64,000 nucleotides of DNA. Origin: Lama glama (Eukaryota). The stretch covers positions 56,546,001 to 56,610,000 of the forward strand of contig CM052816.1 in NCBI GenBank assembly GCA_028534125.1, read 5' to 3'. The position numbers were made by a program, and so were the translations under genes. The notes under the pieces were generated by a model. That model saw only the letters and a program-made list of their open reading frames with translations, did no database searches and had not been told where the DNA came from. The stretch's first letter is position 1. Every line of letters starts with the position of its first letter. This document shows, one piece after another, positions 24,959 through 37,998 of the stretch.

Positions 24959-27829
24959 CCTGATTCTTCCCACTCTGACCATCAGCTGCCAGCACGATGA
25001 AGGGGATGTTAATAAGCAGAAATAACCAAGCTGGTCAAAGGATTTTAGAGAATAAGCAAGCCTAAGAGAAATATTGTTTAAAAACTAAGGAAAAAGAAAA
25101 TCAGCAGAAAGTGATCTTGAATCTTGAGCGCCCACTCGCTGAGCCAGAGCCCGGCCAGATTTGTTCACTTCAGTTGCTGAAACCTGGTTCTTGTCACAAA
25201 CCAACCTAGACATCTAGTTTGAAACCCGTCTTATATGTCTCTTGGCATGCAGAGCACGCCTATCACTTACCAGATTTATTGATATTATGGAAAGCGCTGT
25301 GAAATGCCTCCTGCCATATGGGAAAAGAGGTGAAAAATGCTCACATTGGGCTCGGAGCCAGTTTCACAAAAGTTTAGAGTTTCAGACTTTTCCCTCCTCC
25401 TGGGTGTGGTGGCTCTGTCTTATCAAACGTCTATTCCCTGAGTAGCCATAAAGACATGTCTGTGTATCTGGTGGTATTTTAATGCTCAGAGCACCATATT
25501 CTGATGTGCAGAAAATATGACATGTTGGCCCAGCTGTTGTGAGAAGTAAAAAGGCTCCCTTTGCCCTGTTAATTGCCTGTCTTTCCTATTTCACTTTATC
25601 TAGCTCTGGTGAGCTAGGGATAGGCTTGTGGAGGGGTGGGAAACTGATGGGTTCAATACACAAACCACAGAGCCCGCGGAGTGCCAAGCCTGGGGCGGGG
25701 AGGACATTGGAGCAGTTGCTGCCCCTACCAGCCCCTGTCCTGCGACCTTAGGACAGCCTCAATCCCTCTAAACCTCATCACCAACTCTGCGACCATCCTT
25801 CTCTCCCCTAAACTGTTGCAGGAGCCTCCTGCCCGGCCTCCCAGGCCCCCCGGCTGTCACGGAGGAGCTAACAGCACCTTCAGCGTGGGGTTGTGGGGGC
25901 GAGACGGTCCATTAAGGTGCTTTCACGTTGCACTAGCACAGGAGTCCTCTATAAAGTTTTATTGGGGATTATCATTACCTTTTATGATGATTATAGCTCA
26001 TGCGCCAGTGGGCCTCTTTTATTGGGAGTTGACAGATCTTTTCCCCTCTAGATGTAGCTCTTCTCTAGATTCTATTTTTGATTTAAGTGAGTCACCTTGG
26101 CTAAGGAAGCAGTCATTCCGAACTGCATATTATGCACGTTTTTAGTCGGTCCATGTACCTAACGCCAGCCTGGCAGAGATGCTTTGGAGACATCCCAGTG
26201 TCACGCAACGGTCCCGAGTCTAAAATAATTTTTTTTTCCAAACTGTCTCACAAATACTGTCATGAGGTCAGGTCAGGAAACAGCTGCTTCTCAAACTTAC
26301 ATTTTGCCTTTAGCCCCCCAGTGAAGCCTAGATCTCCTGCAGTAAGCGTGGTCTCAGCCCTCAGGAGTTACGTGTGTGCGTTTGGACTAATGCCACTGAA
26401 GAAAAGAACTTAGTAAGCATTTCATCTTTCAAGAGGACCTTCGTTCTGTGGGTGCTAACCTAGCATTAGACCATCCTCCAAAACACCACCAGCATTCCCA
26501 TGACGTCACAGCTTCGGGTAGTTTAGTTTTCTTTAGAGGTAGCTGCCTTAACATACCCATTCTGATCCCTTAAAGATGAAAAAGCTCGCAGGTGCCTGAG
26601 ACCCCAGCTCTAATCCTCACCCTTCCAAATGGAGTGGGAAAGAAGTGCACCTTTATCTATTCTCTCCTGTTTACTGGCCCCCGGGGTGGACAAGGCACGC
26701 GCGGGCTCGCTCCCACATCGGGGGCACCCACGTGAATACAGCTCGTGCTCCCGAGGGCGATGAGCCTCATCCGTAACCGAAGGGCTTTCCAAGTGGTGAC
26801 TGCACACGTGGTTCCTATTGCTTTGCTCATCTAGCCTCAGGTGGTGTTTTGCTTTTGTTTACTCTCTGGCAAGATACTTCTAGCTCCTTCTGTTTGCAGT
26901 GGTAACTATGCTCAGAAGGAAAACACCCTTGTTAGCACAGAACCAGAGTGATTTTTCCACAGAAGAATTTTGTTCATCTTCAGATGAAGTTGTAGGTAAT
27001 TAGGACTATATACTCATCATGAAACTGACTATGGTTTGCAGAAGATAATTGTTTATGAAGAACAGGGCAGTTTGGCCTCTTGCATCAAGGGGTGGGTGAT
27101 ACAATTTTCCATTTACGTGTTGTGGGGTTACCTTAAGACTTCAGGTCTAAAATAGTCATCTTAACCACTTTTTTTGATAAAATGACTCTCAACAATTTCT
27201 TGCCACTTTAAACCTAGTGGCTGAACATATTTCAACCACTTCTAGATGACTCAGTCATCACTGTAAGTGTGGATAATTTTACTGCACGATGGATGTGAAA
27301 TGACGTCAGGGCCTGGTTGAGTTATGAGCTGTGCTGGGAAAATTCCTAGGTAAATGCCTCAGGGTCTTAGATTTATTGAGCTCTTAGTTTTTCTAGTTAT
27401 TCCTTAGATGTGAGGTCTTGACTTGTCACTATCTTGCTGTATTTGTCTCTAGAAACCTTCCCCAACCTATTCAAGGACTATTTTTGAGCATTCACTTTGT
27501 GCCCGCGGTGGGCAGCAGCCCGTCCGCACGGAGCAGCCCTGCTAGCAGGAGATGCAAACGATAAACAAGGTCATAATTCTAACTTGCCTTGGTCTGGGAG
27601 AGTGAGTAATCAGAAGGGTCATGTGTAAATTAAGGGTAAATAGGATTTCAGAACACCGCATGCTTAGAGTCCATTTGTTTACTTCTGAGTAACTCCCAAA
27701 CACTGAGATCATTGGCTTCGTGGCTCTTTGAAAAGGTGGAGTTTCTCTCTTTCCACAGACTACTACTAAAAGTGACCTAACGTCACTACAACTTGGTTTG
27801 TGATATTCTGCCCCAAGGGCCCTTTGCCT

Positions 27830-28030
27830 GCAACTTAAAATTGAGGACAACATAGCATCTGAGAGTCTAGATTCCAAATTCACTTCTCTGGACCTGACTT
27901 GCTTCAACTTCACGTTTGTTTATCTAACTGCCAAGCCCCCTCTCCACATGGATATCTCTTGACCTTTAAAACTGAACTTTTGTTTCCACCCTTTCCCTCC
28001 AGTATTCCCTATCTTAGCACATAGCAGGTG
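27830..28030 (+). mobile_element. LINE-2 fragment (continues after the LTR and gap)
   Basis: TATCTAACTGCCAAGCCCCCTCTCCACATGGATATCTC...AAAACTGAACTT L2 core. Confidence 0.65.
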
Positions 28031-28034
28031 CGTT

Positions 28035-28261
28035 TTGCCTGGCACACGGCAACCCAAAACTTTGAGATGCTGAAATTTAGCAGCAACGAGAGGATTTATT
28101 CACAGAGCAGCCAAAAGAGAGGACAGCAGAGAAAGCGCAAATCTTTCTCCCCCCCCCCCCCGCAAAGGCAAGGGGCTAGGGGTATTTATGCGATGACCAA
28201 TAAGGCAGCAGGGCGGTCAGAGGCGTGGGGAGCGTGGGGAAAGGACCGGGGACGGGCACAG
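28035..28261 (-). mobile_element. ERV1-type LTR fragment (MER41-like lineage) interrupting L2, truncated by the gap
   Basis: GGATTTATTCACAGAGCAGCCAAAAGAGAGG...AAATC...GGGGCTAGGGGTATTTATG carries the antisense AATAAA and TATA-like signals of ERV1 LTRs. Confidence 0.6.
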
Positions 28262-28361
28262 NNNNNNNNNNNNNNNNNNNNNNNNNNNNNNNNNNNNNNN
28301 NNNNNNNNNNNNNNNNNNNNNNNNNNNNNNNNNNNNNNNNNNNNNNNNNNNNNNNNNNNNN
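28262..28361. other. Assembly gap (100 N)
   Basis: Run of N directly visible. Confidence 1.
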
Positions 28362-28690
28362 CAGATCATGATTCTTCCCTGCCTAGAATCTATCAGTGCC
28401 TTGTTTTGCCCTCAGAGGAAAATCCCAGCTCCCGACAACAGGTTCAAGGCATGACAGGGTCAGTGTCCTGTTCCTGGTTTTCACGTCTTCTCTTACCAGG
28501 CCGCCCCCCCGCCTGCCATGCTCCAACCACACTGGCTTTCTTCCTGTTCTCCCCAACTCATGTCTTGGGCCAATAGACTGCTTTTCCTGTGCTGGATTTT
28601 TCTGCTCCTGACCAGCCAAATAGCTGGCTCCTTTTTATCACTGAGGTCTGAACTTTAATGTCACATCCTGTCCTTAGAGAGGCATCTTTT
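28362..28690 (+). mobile_element. LINE-2 fragment
   Basis: CAGATCATGATTCTTCCCTGCCTAGAATC..., CTCCAACCACACTGGCTTTCTTCCTGTTC and AATGTCACATCC. Confidence 0.75.
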
Positions 28691-28694
28691 GCCC

Positions 28695-28848
28695 GTTCTT
28701 TCTCCCACTTCGAGGTGCATACAAATCATTGGGATGTAGATTCAGATTCAGTAGGTCTGGGCTGGGGCCTGAAATTCCACATCTCTAAGAAGCTCCCAGG
28801 TGATGCCGATGCTGCTGGTCTGTGGACCACACTGAATCCTAGTAGGCA
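28695..28848. mobile_element. MER5A (hAT-Charlie MITE)
   Basis: ATTCAGTAGGTCTGGGCTGGGGCCTGAAATTCCACATCTCTAAGAAGCTCCCAGGTGATGCCGATGCTGCTGGTCTGTGGACCACACT. Confidence 0.88.
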
Positions 28849-29699
28849 ACCAACAAATATTTGTTGTTGAATATGTTTTCTTTTCCTCCCAGCCCTGAGG
28901 GGTATGAAAGAGCCAAGTCTCTAGCTTTGGGTGAGAGCAAGCCAGCTAGTGTTGAAAGGCATTTCTGATTCAAGCAATAAAAAAATTGATGATGCCTTTA
29001 TCCTTTATTGAAATGCCCGAAGAATGATCATATAGTTATTTGGAATGGCTGGTGACAAAATCAGTCACTGTTTTTGAGTGGAGTTTTGTTTGTTTTTAAA
29101 GCTCTCTGGATTTAGAGTTTACATCATTCCTTGAAGTAAAAATTTTCCAACACAGCACTGGATGGAATTGAGAGGAACGAGGGCTTCCCAGCCAACTTTT
29201 TATTTACTGAAGCTACCTTCTGCATAAACACAATCTCAGAATGTGGATTAAGTTATGCCAGTGAGAGTTCAGATGCTGCAAATTGGAAACCACTCTTCAG
29301 CTTTCTGTTTGGTGAATCTACATAAAAACTAAACACAGGTCATAGCTGGTGATACAGTTTTCTTGATGAGTGAAACAGAGACCATATCTTCCTTTTATGA
29401 GATGCCTTCACAGTATTGTCACAAGCAGTTGGCTGACAAATGCTTGATACGTGCCTATTATATGCCGGATGTTTTGTGCAAGGATTTAAAGATGTGGTCA
29501 CTGTGTTTTGAGGGTATTACAATTTAGGAGAAAGACACAGGTAGCCATAGAAAGCTGATAATGCAAAGCAATCCAGAATTAATAACCTACCATTTTGAAG
29601 GCAAGGACCTAGATCATCTGAACTAAGGATCTGTCCAAGTTCATGCTATGCCACTCTGTGTTCAGCACTAAATGAGTGGTATACACCAGTATAAGTCCA

Positions 29700-29992
29700 A
29701 CATTAAGGTGAAAAGAATGCCCTTGTTAAAATATAAATTCAGACTCAGTGGACCTGGGTGGAGCCCTCTACCTGTGTTTCTAACAGGCTCCCAGGTGATG
29801 GCCATGCTGGTGGTATGGGGACCACACTTTTTACTGCAGGGGAACAGAACAGTGATACTCAAATTGTGGTCATCAGATTCTCAGGGGCCTCCCCAGATCT
29901 ACTGAATCAGAACTCATGGTGGGTGGGGCTCAAGAATGGTATTTTAACCCTCTAGATCATTCTTAAGCTTTCTAAAGACTGAGAAGCCCTGG
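29700..29992. mobile_element. Two adjacent MER5-type MITEs
   Basis: TTTCTAACAGGCTCCCAGGTGATGGCCATGCTGGTGGTATGGGGACCACACTTT, then CAGTGATACTCAAA...CAGATCTACTGAATCAGAACTC. Confidence 0.78.
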
Positions 29993-31374
29993 TACAAACA
30001 TGAAGTGCTAGGAGCCAGATGTGTTGAATTCAGGATCTAGGTCCTTTCCCCAGCGATTAGCCCCCAGGGTAATATCACGCCTTAGACTTTTCAGGGACTG
30101 TCAGTTCAGTACCAAGTGGCCTGGTTTGACTTTTCCAACACAAGCAGGCAGAAAGCTAGCCAGGAGCCCCAGCTAGAGACTGATGCGCCCTAACATGTTG
30201 TTAGGCACAGACCAGACCAGAGAAGAGTGGCCAGAAAGGAGCTGTGCATTAGCCAGATGGAAGGCTATTCTCCTTGTGGTAGTCATGAGGAACAGAGACC
30301 ATAATGGGTTTAGCAGATGTGGACATCCTGATGCCAGAGAGTCTCTCTGCCTGAAAGCGAGTTGTAATCATCCAATATATTTCCCCATCTTCTGGCCCGA
30401 GACTGAGTTGTCACAGGCTCCCAGACACTGCTCCAGGCGCCCCAGATGGTACCGGCTGACACACTGCGAGCATGTCATTATGAACACGTGCAAACCACAT
30501 GAGGGCAACTAGTTTCTGGAGGCGAGAGGCAGGGCACTACCCCCTCCCCCAAAGTTCCAAAGACACAGCTGGGAGGAAGAGAGGGGAGTGGGCCGTCAGG
30601 TACTGGGAGGTCTCGGGAAAATGAGGACCCATGGGAAACCCTTAGGGAGTAGGAGCCAGGCAGACACTGGGAGATCCCTCTCCCAGTGGGATAATGTGAG
30701 CAAAATACGTTCAAGTTCTGGCACTTTCTCTTTTTCTCTTTCAACTTCCACACTGCTTTGACTGGTTTAGGAGGCATCATTTTTGGAATTAGAATAGAAC
30801 CATTAACTTCCTATTTTAGCAGAGAATTAAAACAATTTTATTATTTGTGCATTTGCCTGTTTGTTGATTTAGCAGTGGTGTAACGATTTTGTCCAGCTAG
30901 TAAAAAGAAAACAAAGGCTAACCTGGAATCGACAGATTCCTGGGACAATTAGTTTCTTTGATCGAACTGAGCTCACGAATCGAAGCAGCTCATTCATCAG
31001 GACTTGTCACTGAGCCTGACTTTGGAACTGAATCCACTTCTGGAAGATAAGCAGCAAGCGCATCTGCATCGGGCCAGAATGAGCAGACTCCTTGAATGAA
31101 GAGAGGCCCTTTGCAGTGTCCCGGACTCTGCCTGCAAACAAATAAACAAACAAAAACAGAAGAGTCAGGAGGGGCTGTTGTCCCAGTCACGCCTGCCACT
31201 CACTGGCTTGCTGTGAATTCTACTGTTGGAGCTCCCATTTAAAGCTCTGAATTCCACTAAGATACAAATAGCCCTAGAATGGGTGACACCTTTTCGTGTT
31301 CCCCAAAGTGAGGTATTTCGCTAGGAAGGAGGGAGAAATCACTCGGGCCCAAGGAGCCCACAGCCCACCGTGAC

Positions 31375-31630
31375 AGAAGAATCGGGCTCAGAAGTCTTGA
31401 GACAAACCAGCTTTTCTATTTCCAGGCTGACTGTCGCTAGGAGGGTCTATGACTTTAGGGAAGTTACTTAATGCCTATTAGGAATGAAGTTCCTCCTCTG
31501 ACAGATGATGATAATACTTGCCCTACATCTTCTCCCCGAGTCAAGGCCACTGAGACAACAAGGTGAAATAACAGGGTTGAAAGTATTTTGAAGACCTGAG
31601 ACTTACAAACCCAAGCTATTATTTTCTAAG
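31375..31630 (+). mobile_element. MIR SINE
   Basis: TATGACTTTAGGGAAGTTACTTAA...AGTTCCTCCTCTGACAGATGATGATAATA sense MIR core. Confidence 0.7.
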
Positions 31631-33039
31631 GTAATTTTCTCGTCTCGTGCAAGGTAGAGCTGACCTTTTGAGGATGAACAAGTACTAACCAGTAAACTGG
31701 AAGTGAACTGGTGCTCGTCAACGGCAGAGTGTTGTCTATAAGCAGTACATGCATCCTGGGAGCTCTTATCTTCTGGGAGATACAGCCAAACAGTGGTTAA
31801 ACTGGCAGACAGTCATCCAGGGAACTGGGTGATGCAGTGTTCGCACGAACAGCTGCTTCAGACAGAAGGCACTTCATGGCACAATCACAGGAGCCCAGAC
31901 CAACCCATGGAGAGCCCTGAATTATTTTGGTTTGTTTGGACTTTGGCTTTTCTGTGATCTTGACTGGCTTCCTTTTCATAACGTCACTGTGTACAAAAAA
32001 TTTTTGCTTTCAGTTATTTATTGGATTATTTCAGGTGTCAGACTCTTAGGGAGACAGCCCTGGAAATGATAAAGATTAGGGGGAAAAAAGGTCTTTGATC
32101 ATGTTTGCCGTTGATCCCCAGAGCCTGCGAAGATGGATTTATTAGACTCCAAATTCCCCCAGTCAGGCTGTGGGTTATTTGTACAATCGGAGGACTAGGG
32201 GTGAAGAGTACAAGAAGCATGTCTAACAGAAAGGTATTTCCACCTGGAAGAATGGCTCCGTCCCAGCCTGTTCCTTGTGGATTGGTTTATTGGATTCGCC
32301 TTCGCCTTTAAGGCAAATCAGCATATATTCTAGTGAGCAGTTTCAGGCACGGTGAAATTGGAATTCTGCTCAAGGAAAGGTTGGCCGAGAAATAAACACA
32401 CTTTCTCAAGAGACTTAGTCCCACTGGAAATGTACATGTTAAGTAGCACCAGAAAAGAAAGTGCAAGTCCTGTATGTCACCACTTAGGACGGGAGGTTCA
32501 GATGTGATGTAGGTAAGCATCTCCATGTGTGAAAAGACACGGGGCGAGGTAGCTCTTTAGGAAAAGTACACACACTCAAAGTTGTGTGGCCACAAATCCA
32601 GCATCTCGTGCCCCCCCCCCGAACTCTCTAGTCACATAGCAATCTTCACAGATAAATCGTGATGTTGACCTGCTTGTTAGAGGTTGGTGCTGCAGGCACT
32701 GTCATTAGTGAGTTGCAGGTGTGCCTGAAAGACCCCGTCAGGGAGCGCTCTCCCCACGCGGGCGTGTCAGGATTGTTTTTCGATTTGCAGCTGCAGCTGC
32801 TATTATGCGGCCAGTGCAGCCGGTGGCATTAAAGTGTGTCTGGGGTTGCCTGCTATTTGCAACAAGTCACTAGCCCTGGAGGGCCTGACAGGACCTGGGT
32901 AAGATCCAGAAGAGAGGAGGTGTGCAGTGGACAGCTAGAGGCCACTGTGCTAGACCGGGGATGGTCAAGTCAAAAGGCCACGGGGCTAAATGCAAGTCTG
33001 TTCGCGGTCTTACAGCAGTGGTAACGTCTTAGGTTTAAC

Positions 33040-33160
33040 TGGTGCACCAAGGTTACGAAGATGTTGACAGCAGGGAGCTGAGTGAAGAGTATATGGGAAA
33101 TCTCTGAACTATCATTGCAATTTTTCTGTAACGTAAAATTTTCCAAATATAAAATTACTT
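33040..33160 (+). mobile_element. Old L1 (L1ME/MD-like) extreme 3' end
   Basis: GGGAGCTGAGTGAAGAGTATATGGGAAATCTCTGAACTATCATTGCAATTTTTCTGTAA...CCAAATATAAAA. Confidence 0.75.
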
Positions 33161-33239
33161 TTAAGTCTTTGGGGCTAGCATGTAACATGGAGGAATGAAA
33201 TGGGCCAGACGGGGACAGTCACACACTTGTCAGCCCTTG

Positions 33240-33455
33240 TCTCTAGAAATGCCCGCTCCTGTCTCCAGTTGATCATTGCCAGGTGGAAATGCAGGCCCCG
33301 GTTTACAGATTTTCTAAGTTTTCAAGAGAATCCAAAACTCTGTGTGTGTGTCTTCCTGGTTTTAGGACAATGGCAACAATTTAAAAAACACTTTAGGGAC
33401 AAAGGAAACAGCTGCTGTGTGAGGAAAGTGGCCAGGTGCATGACTTGTCTCCTGG
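33240..33455. mobile_element. hAT-Charlie relic, MER102-like
   Basis: CAGATTTTCTAAGTTTTCAAGAGAATCCAAAA...TGGCAACAATTTAAAAAACACT resembles MER102. Confidence 0.6.
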
Positions 33456-33489
33456 GCGCCAGAGCAGTAAGTGCACAGGAGGATGATCA

Positions 33490-33650
33490 CAGGAGCTTTA
33501 CAAATGCAGATTCCAAGGCCCCAACTTAGAGGTTCTGATCAGGTAGATTTAGGGTCAAACCCACGACTCTGGATTTTGGTTAAAAATGAAATGTATCCCA
33601 GGTGATCTTAACACAGGACGTTCAGAGGTTCCACTCTGAGAAACATTCCT
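33490..33650. mobile_element. MER5-like MITE
   Basis: AAATGCAGATTCCAAGGCCCC...AGAGGTTCTGATCAGGTAG...CCCAGGTGATCTTAA. Confidence 0.65.
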
Positions 33651-33762
33651 CGAAGGAACAGGATTCCTTGCCCTTCGCTTCTTCACTCCTTTAATTCAAC
33701 TTGTTATTCTTTCTCTCACCATCAGTGATACGATTTCAAGGCCAGTACCTAAATGTAGGTCC

Positions 33763-34060
33763 GGAACTGTGCTGTCAAACCTGGTGGCCACCAGCTGAAG
33801 GTGGCCAGCGAGCAGCTGCAATTTGGGCTCCAAGTGGGAGACACACACAGGACTTCAAAGGCTCACTACAAATTTTAAGATACAAAGCATTTATTAATAA
33901 ATATTTAACACTGATCAAATGTTGAGATGGTAACAGTTTAGGTATACTGGATTAAGCAAACTATATTAAAATGAATCTCAGCTGCTAAGAGGAAACAGAG
34001 TTGCCTATGGGGCTCACATTTATGACCCATGTTATATTTCTATTGGATGGCGCAGGTCTA
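33763..34060. mobile_element. hAT-Charlie MITE, MER33/MER3-like
   Basis: CTGTGCTGTCAAACCTGGTGGCCACCAGC at the start and ATATTTCTATTGGATGGCGCAGGTCTA at the end, with an AT-rich interior. Confidence 0.75.
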
Positions 34061-37000
34061 GGAAACTGGGGTGAAGAGGGATGTTTTCCCCTCAAACCCA
34101 AGTGCATAGACGCAGAAGGAGTGTTTAGTGTTCGTATGTCTGTAGTTGTGCCCAAGTCACCAGGACCAGGGATTTCACATTTGGAGACAGAGGTCTAGGC
34201 AAACACTGTTCATGTCACAGCTTCCCTCCCTAGAAAGACAGTGGCAGGCAGCCGGCTGGGATTCGGGGCCCTTGGATCCTGGCCAGCTCTGCCTCTTCCA
34301 CCAGAGGCATGACCAAAAGCCAGTCACATAATTAATCTATTACAGAAGGACGGGACAAGCACAGTTCATTGTAGGTACTGTTTCTAAGAGATACAGGGAA
34401 AGCTACACATTCGGCTAGGTATTCAAGTGGGCACAGATTAAGGCAGTGCCCCCGATCTAGGCTCAGATTAAGAAAGAGTATTTTCAGAAGACCCTTAAAA
34501 GTTTTTAAAACTTTTCAGGCTGATGTTAGGGTGAGTCATTCGGTGAAGAAAAGTGAACAAAACATGGACATTGAGAGAAAACAGAAACGCTACCCCTCAA
34601 AATGACAAAGTAGGATTATGAGATCCCGTTAGTGGTTTGGGTTGAGCAGACCATCTCAAATTCTATTTTCCATCTCATTTATTCATCAGAGCTTCAAATA
34701 CATTGTCAGCACTCTCCATTCTTAATTCTTTAAAAGCATCTATGTGCTTCAAGAGAAATTGTATCATGTGTTTCTGATTCATTTATACATAATAAATCAA
34801 AATGCTGTTTTTAAAGAGCTATTTGATGTCCAAAAATACTCTTGATCTCCATTAATAATCCTGTTTTCTTTCAACCTGAAGGTCCTATCATGTTTATGCA
34901 GAAACCTGATTCGGGTCTAAAGTCAGAACCCACACAGTTCAAATGGTTTCACAGCTTGGCAAGATGATCTTTACTGATTCCGTTCTAAAGGGATGTCCTA
35001 GAACCTACACCTACCTGCTTATTTATTGGGGATCCTTTTCTCGGTCTCACCTGCCTGAGTCATGTGTGTTGATCTTTATTTTTTATTGGTTTCTCTACTT
35101 AGCATCTTTTTTCCTTTGGCAATTACTTCTCTCTTCTGTTTCAAACTTTTGTCTGCAAGTCCTCAACCCCCAACTTCTGCATTTAGTTTCCAAAGCTCCA
35201 GCCATTCTCTGCTCCTCTGCTCTAACCACTTCTCATCAAATTCAGCCTTCACTTCAAGTTAAATTCCCACTTGTAACTTTCTGCTTCCAGCCCCTTCCCA
35301 CCCACCGTGGTAGCTTTCCCTCTGCCTTGTTTTGTTGCCCAAGGTTTTGCCCACGTCTGTCAGGTTGTTCCTTCTTTTCTCCTCCAACCTGTCCATGGGA
35401 CTTCAAGGGTTGGAAATCTGGAGGACCTGTGTTTCTGACTGGTAGATCACACAGTAACAATCAGTCCCCTTGCAGAAAGGGCTACATGTTCCTAGAAACA
35501 GACACGAGCCTGGACCCTGGACCCACTGACCTGGCAGCACATTCTGACAGCTCAGTCTCTTACTCCCAATTTGTTAATGAGAAAGAAATAAAAAACATGG
35601 CACCAATAATAAATACTGCTTTGATGACCTTGAGATATATGGACATTTCAGCAAATATCATTTTTATAAGACAGAGGTATGTGTCGTGTGTAGAGCCTAA
35701 GTCAGAGTTGATGGTTTTAACAGACACTACAAATTCGTTTTCAGGGTTCCCATCTCTTACCACATTGGTCCATTTAGTCTCTCAGTCTCCTGACTCATGA
35801 GGAGGACTTTCCCAAGATGGTTAGAATTCCCCACTGCAGCCTCCTGCAGGTGGTCCCCAACCCTGTCAATAGATGCACGATTCCCATCTTGCTGGCTCCG
35901 CACCTGCCTCTGGGGAGACGTGAGCTCCCTGAGCCTATGTATCAGGAAGGTCAAGTAGTGAGGCTTGGGTGCCTCAGCCCACTTCCACAATTAACCACTT
36001 ACAAAAGAAGACACACACATTGGAACCATGAAAATAAGGCTCAAAGCAGGTCAAAGGCTAGAAATTAAACAGGAGAGCAGAGAAGCACATGAGAGAGCCC
36101 AGGAAAGAGCACTGCTGCATGTGAGCACTGAGGCACGCTCTAAGCCTCAGCAATCAGAAGGGAAAAAAGAGAGCTGTTGAGTTTTATAGTTGTCAATGTC
36201 TGGGAAGCTGCTGAATTCTTTGGTAGAGACTTGTTTTCTCCTGGCAATAAATTCTTAGAGATTTTTGTTGAAATGATTTTTATATAAGTGACAAGATAGA
36301 CTGAATGTGGCTTACAGAAGACAGAGAAATGACCTTCTTACAGCCATCTCTCCCACCGACCTGCAATAAACACCGAGGGCAAGCTGCTTATTAAATCATA
36401 ACTCAGTGAAGATATTTCTTTGGGGAGTTTAGCTAATGTGGTCCAGACTCATAACTTTCAGGTGATTTATCTCGACATACAGATAGAGCTCAGAGGGCCT
36501 AGAGGAATGGACGGTTACCATGACTCAGAGACACTCGCTCTCGAGACCTCATTGATTCTGCTAAGCCCCAGGCAGAACCGGGAGACTGGTCCATGTGTTG
36601 GAAAGCAAAGTGAGCCACAGGCAGGTGTTAAGGCTGAAGTCTTATCATGAGATAAACATATCTCCGTCATGAAGGTAGGACTACCCTACTGTTCCCTGGT
36701 TTTAGGCTAAATATCCCACCTTCTTATACAGTTAGGGCCAGAATTTATCTTGGACAAATAATTATCTCAATGAAGCTTGAAATTTGCCACATAAAATAAG
36801 GTTGGAACAGCTGTGGTCTGGAAATTTTTAAAGGCAGGTATCTACTGCAATTATAAAATAACCTATGTGTGGTACACTCAAAGGTAACAATTTGAGCTGG
36901 TCTCCCTCTGAGAGCCTACAAACATACCCTCATGTATTTATGTCTTTTGGATAGAGACCTTTTCAGCAACAGAAAGGGTAAAGAAAAGCCATTCTGCATG

Positions 37001-37847
37001 GCCCAAAGGAAAGGCTCAATGACAATAAATTACACCAAATAATGTCTTTCCTTTGAAATCATGGCCCTGAAGAAAGAGTTCACATCCATGAAGAGTTTTC
37101 CAACTATTATTTTAGCTCAGGCAGATTCCAATCCCTGGGTAGCCCTGGTTGGTATTAGCAGCTGCCTGTGCATCATGTTGGTGGACAGCAGCCTCCACTT
37201 TCTGAGCATGGATGTGTTGGGTGAGCTTGTCACAGCCCATCAGCAGGTTGTCCCCTGGGAGCCAGTCCCGGACGATGGCAACAATCACCAAGGTTCAGGA
37301 GAGAGCGGGTACCAACATCCCTGGGCTCCGGTGTGGAACCTCCAGTCTGGTTACTTCTCTACCCAGCATCGGCCAGGTGCCAAATAAGTTGCCAGGGCCT
37401 GGCCTAGGGAAGTGAATATTTGTGGAGTCAAGAGATAAATAAATGAATGCCAACGAGCATACAATCAGCAGAAACTCTGTGGCTGGAGCCAGTGATCCCG
37501 GCTAGGAAACGAAGCTGAGAGGAGGTAGGGAGTGACCCACAGGTTAGAGCAGATGGGGAAAGACTTCATGAAACTGGATTCTGAATTTAGACTTGAGGCC
37601 CTCATGACAAGAAGAGTGAGGATGGGAGGACCAGACCAGTGGACGGGACCTGTGCACGGGCCTGTTGGATGGAGGTGCTCCTGGCTGTAGGACCTGAGGA
37701 AGCCAACGGCCCTTCTCCCATCCTACCTTCTCTTTCCAGCAAGGCTCGCTAGGGTGCCCTCCTTGTCCTGTTTTGGGGCATTTTCCCCTTTCCACTCCCA
37801 TCCACAGTTCGGTGAACAAGGGGAGGATATGAGAGATCCTTTCAGGC

Positions 37848-37998
37848 CAGTGGTTCTCAGAGCTTTAAGAAATTGCCACTGCCCAGATCCCACCCCAGAG
37901 ATTCAGATCTAATTGGTGGGAGACCCCAGGCATTAGTATTTTTTTTTCACAAGCTTCCAGGATTATTTTAAAGTGCAGCTGAGGTTGAGAACCATCCT
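37848..37998. mobile_element. MER5B-like MITE
   Basis: CAGTGGTTCTCA...CACCCCAGAGATTCAGATCTAATTGG...GCAGCTGAGGTTGAGAACCA, with terminal inverted repeats. Confidence 0.8.

Noticed and set aside
34943..35800. Longest gap-free ORF (285 aa)
   Set aside because: Rich in S/L/F/C/P from pyrimidine-biased DNA, with no recognisable domain; consistent with a chance ORF, possibly over an old repeat.
37061..37387. 108-aa ATG-initiated ORF and open reverse frame considered as a processed pseudogene
   Set aside because: No recognisable protein similarity, poly(A) tail or target-site duplication.
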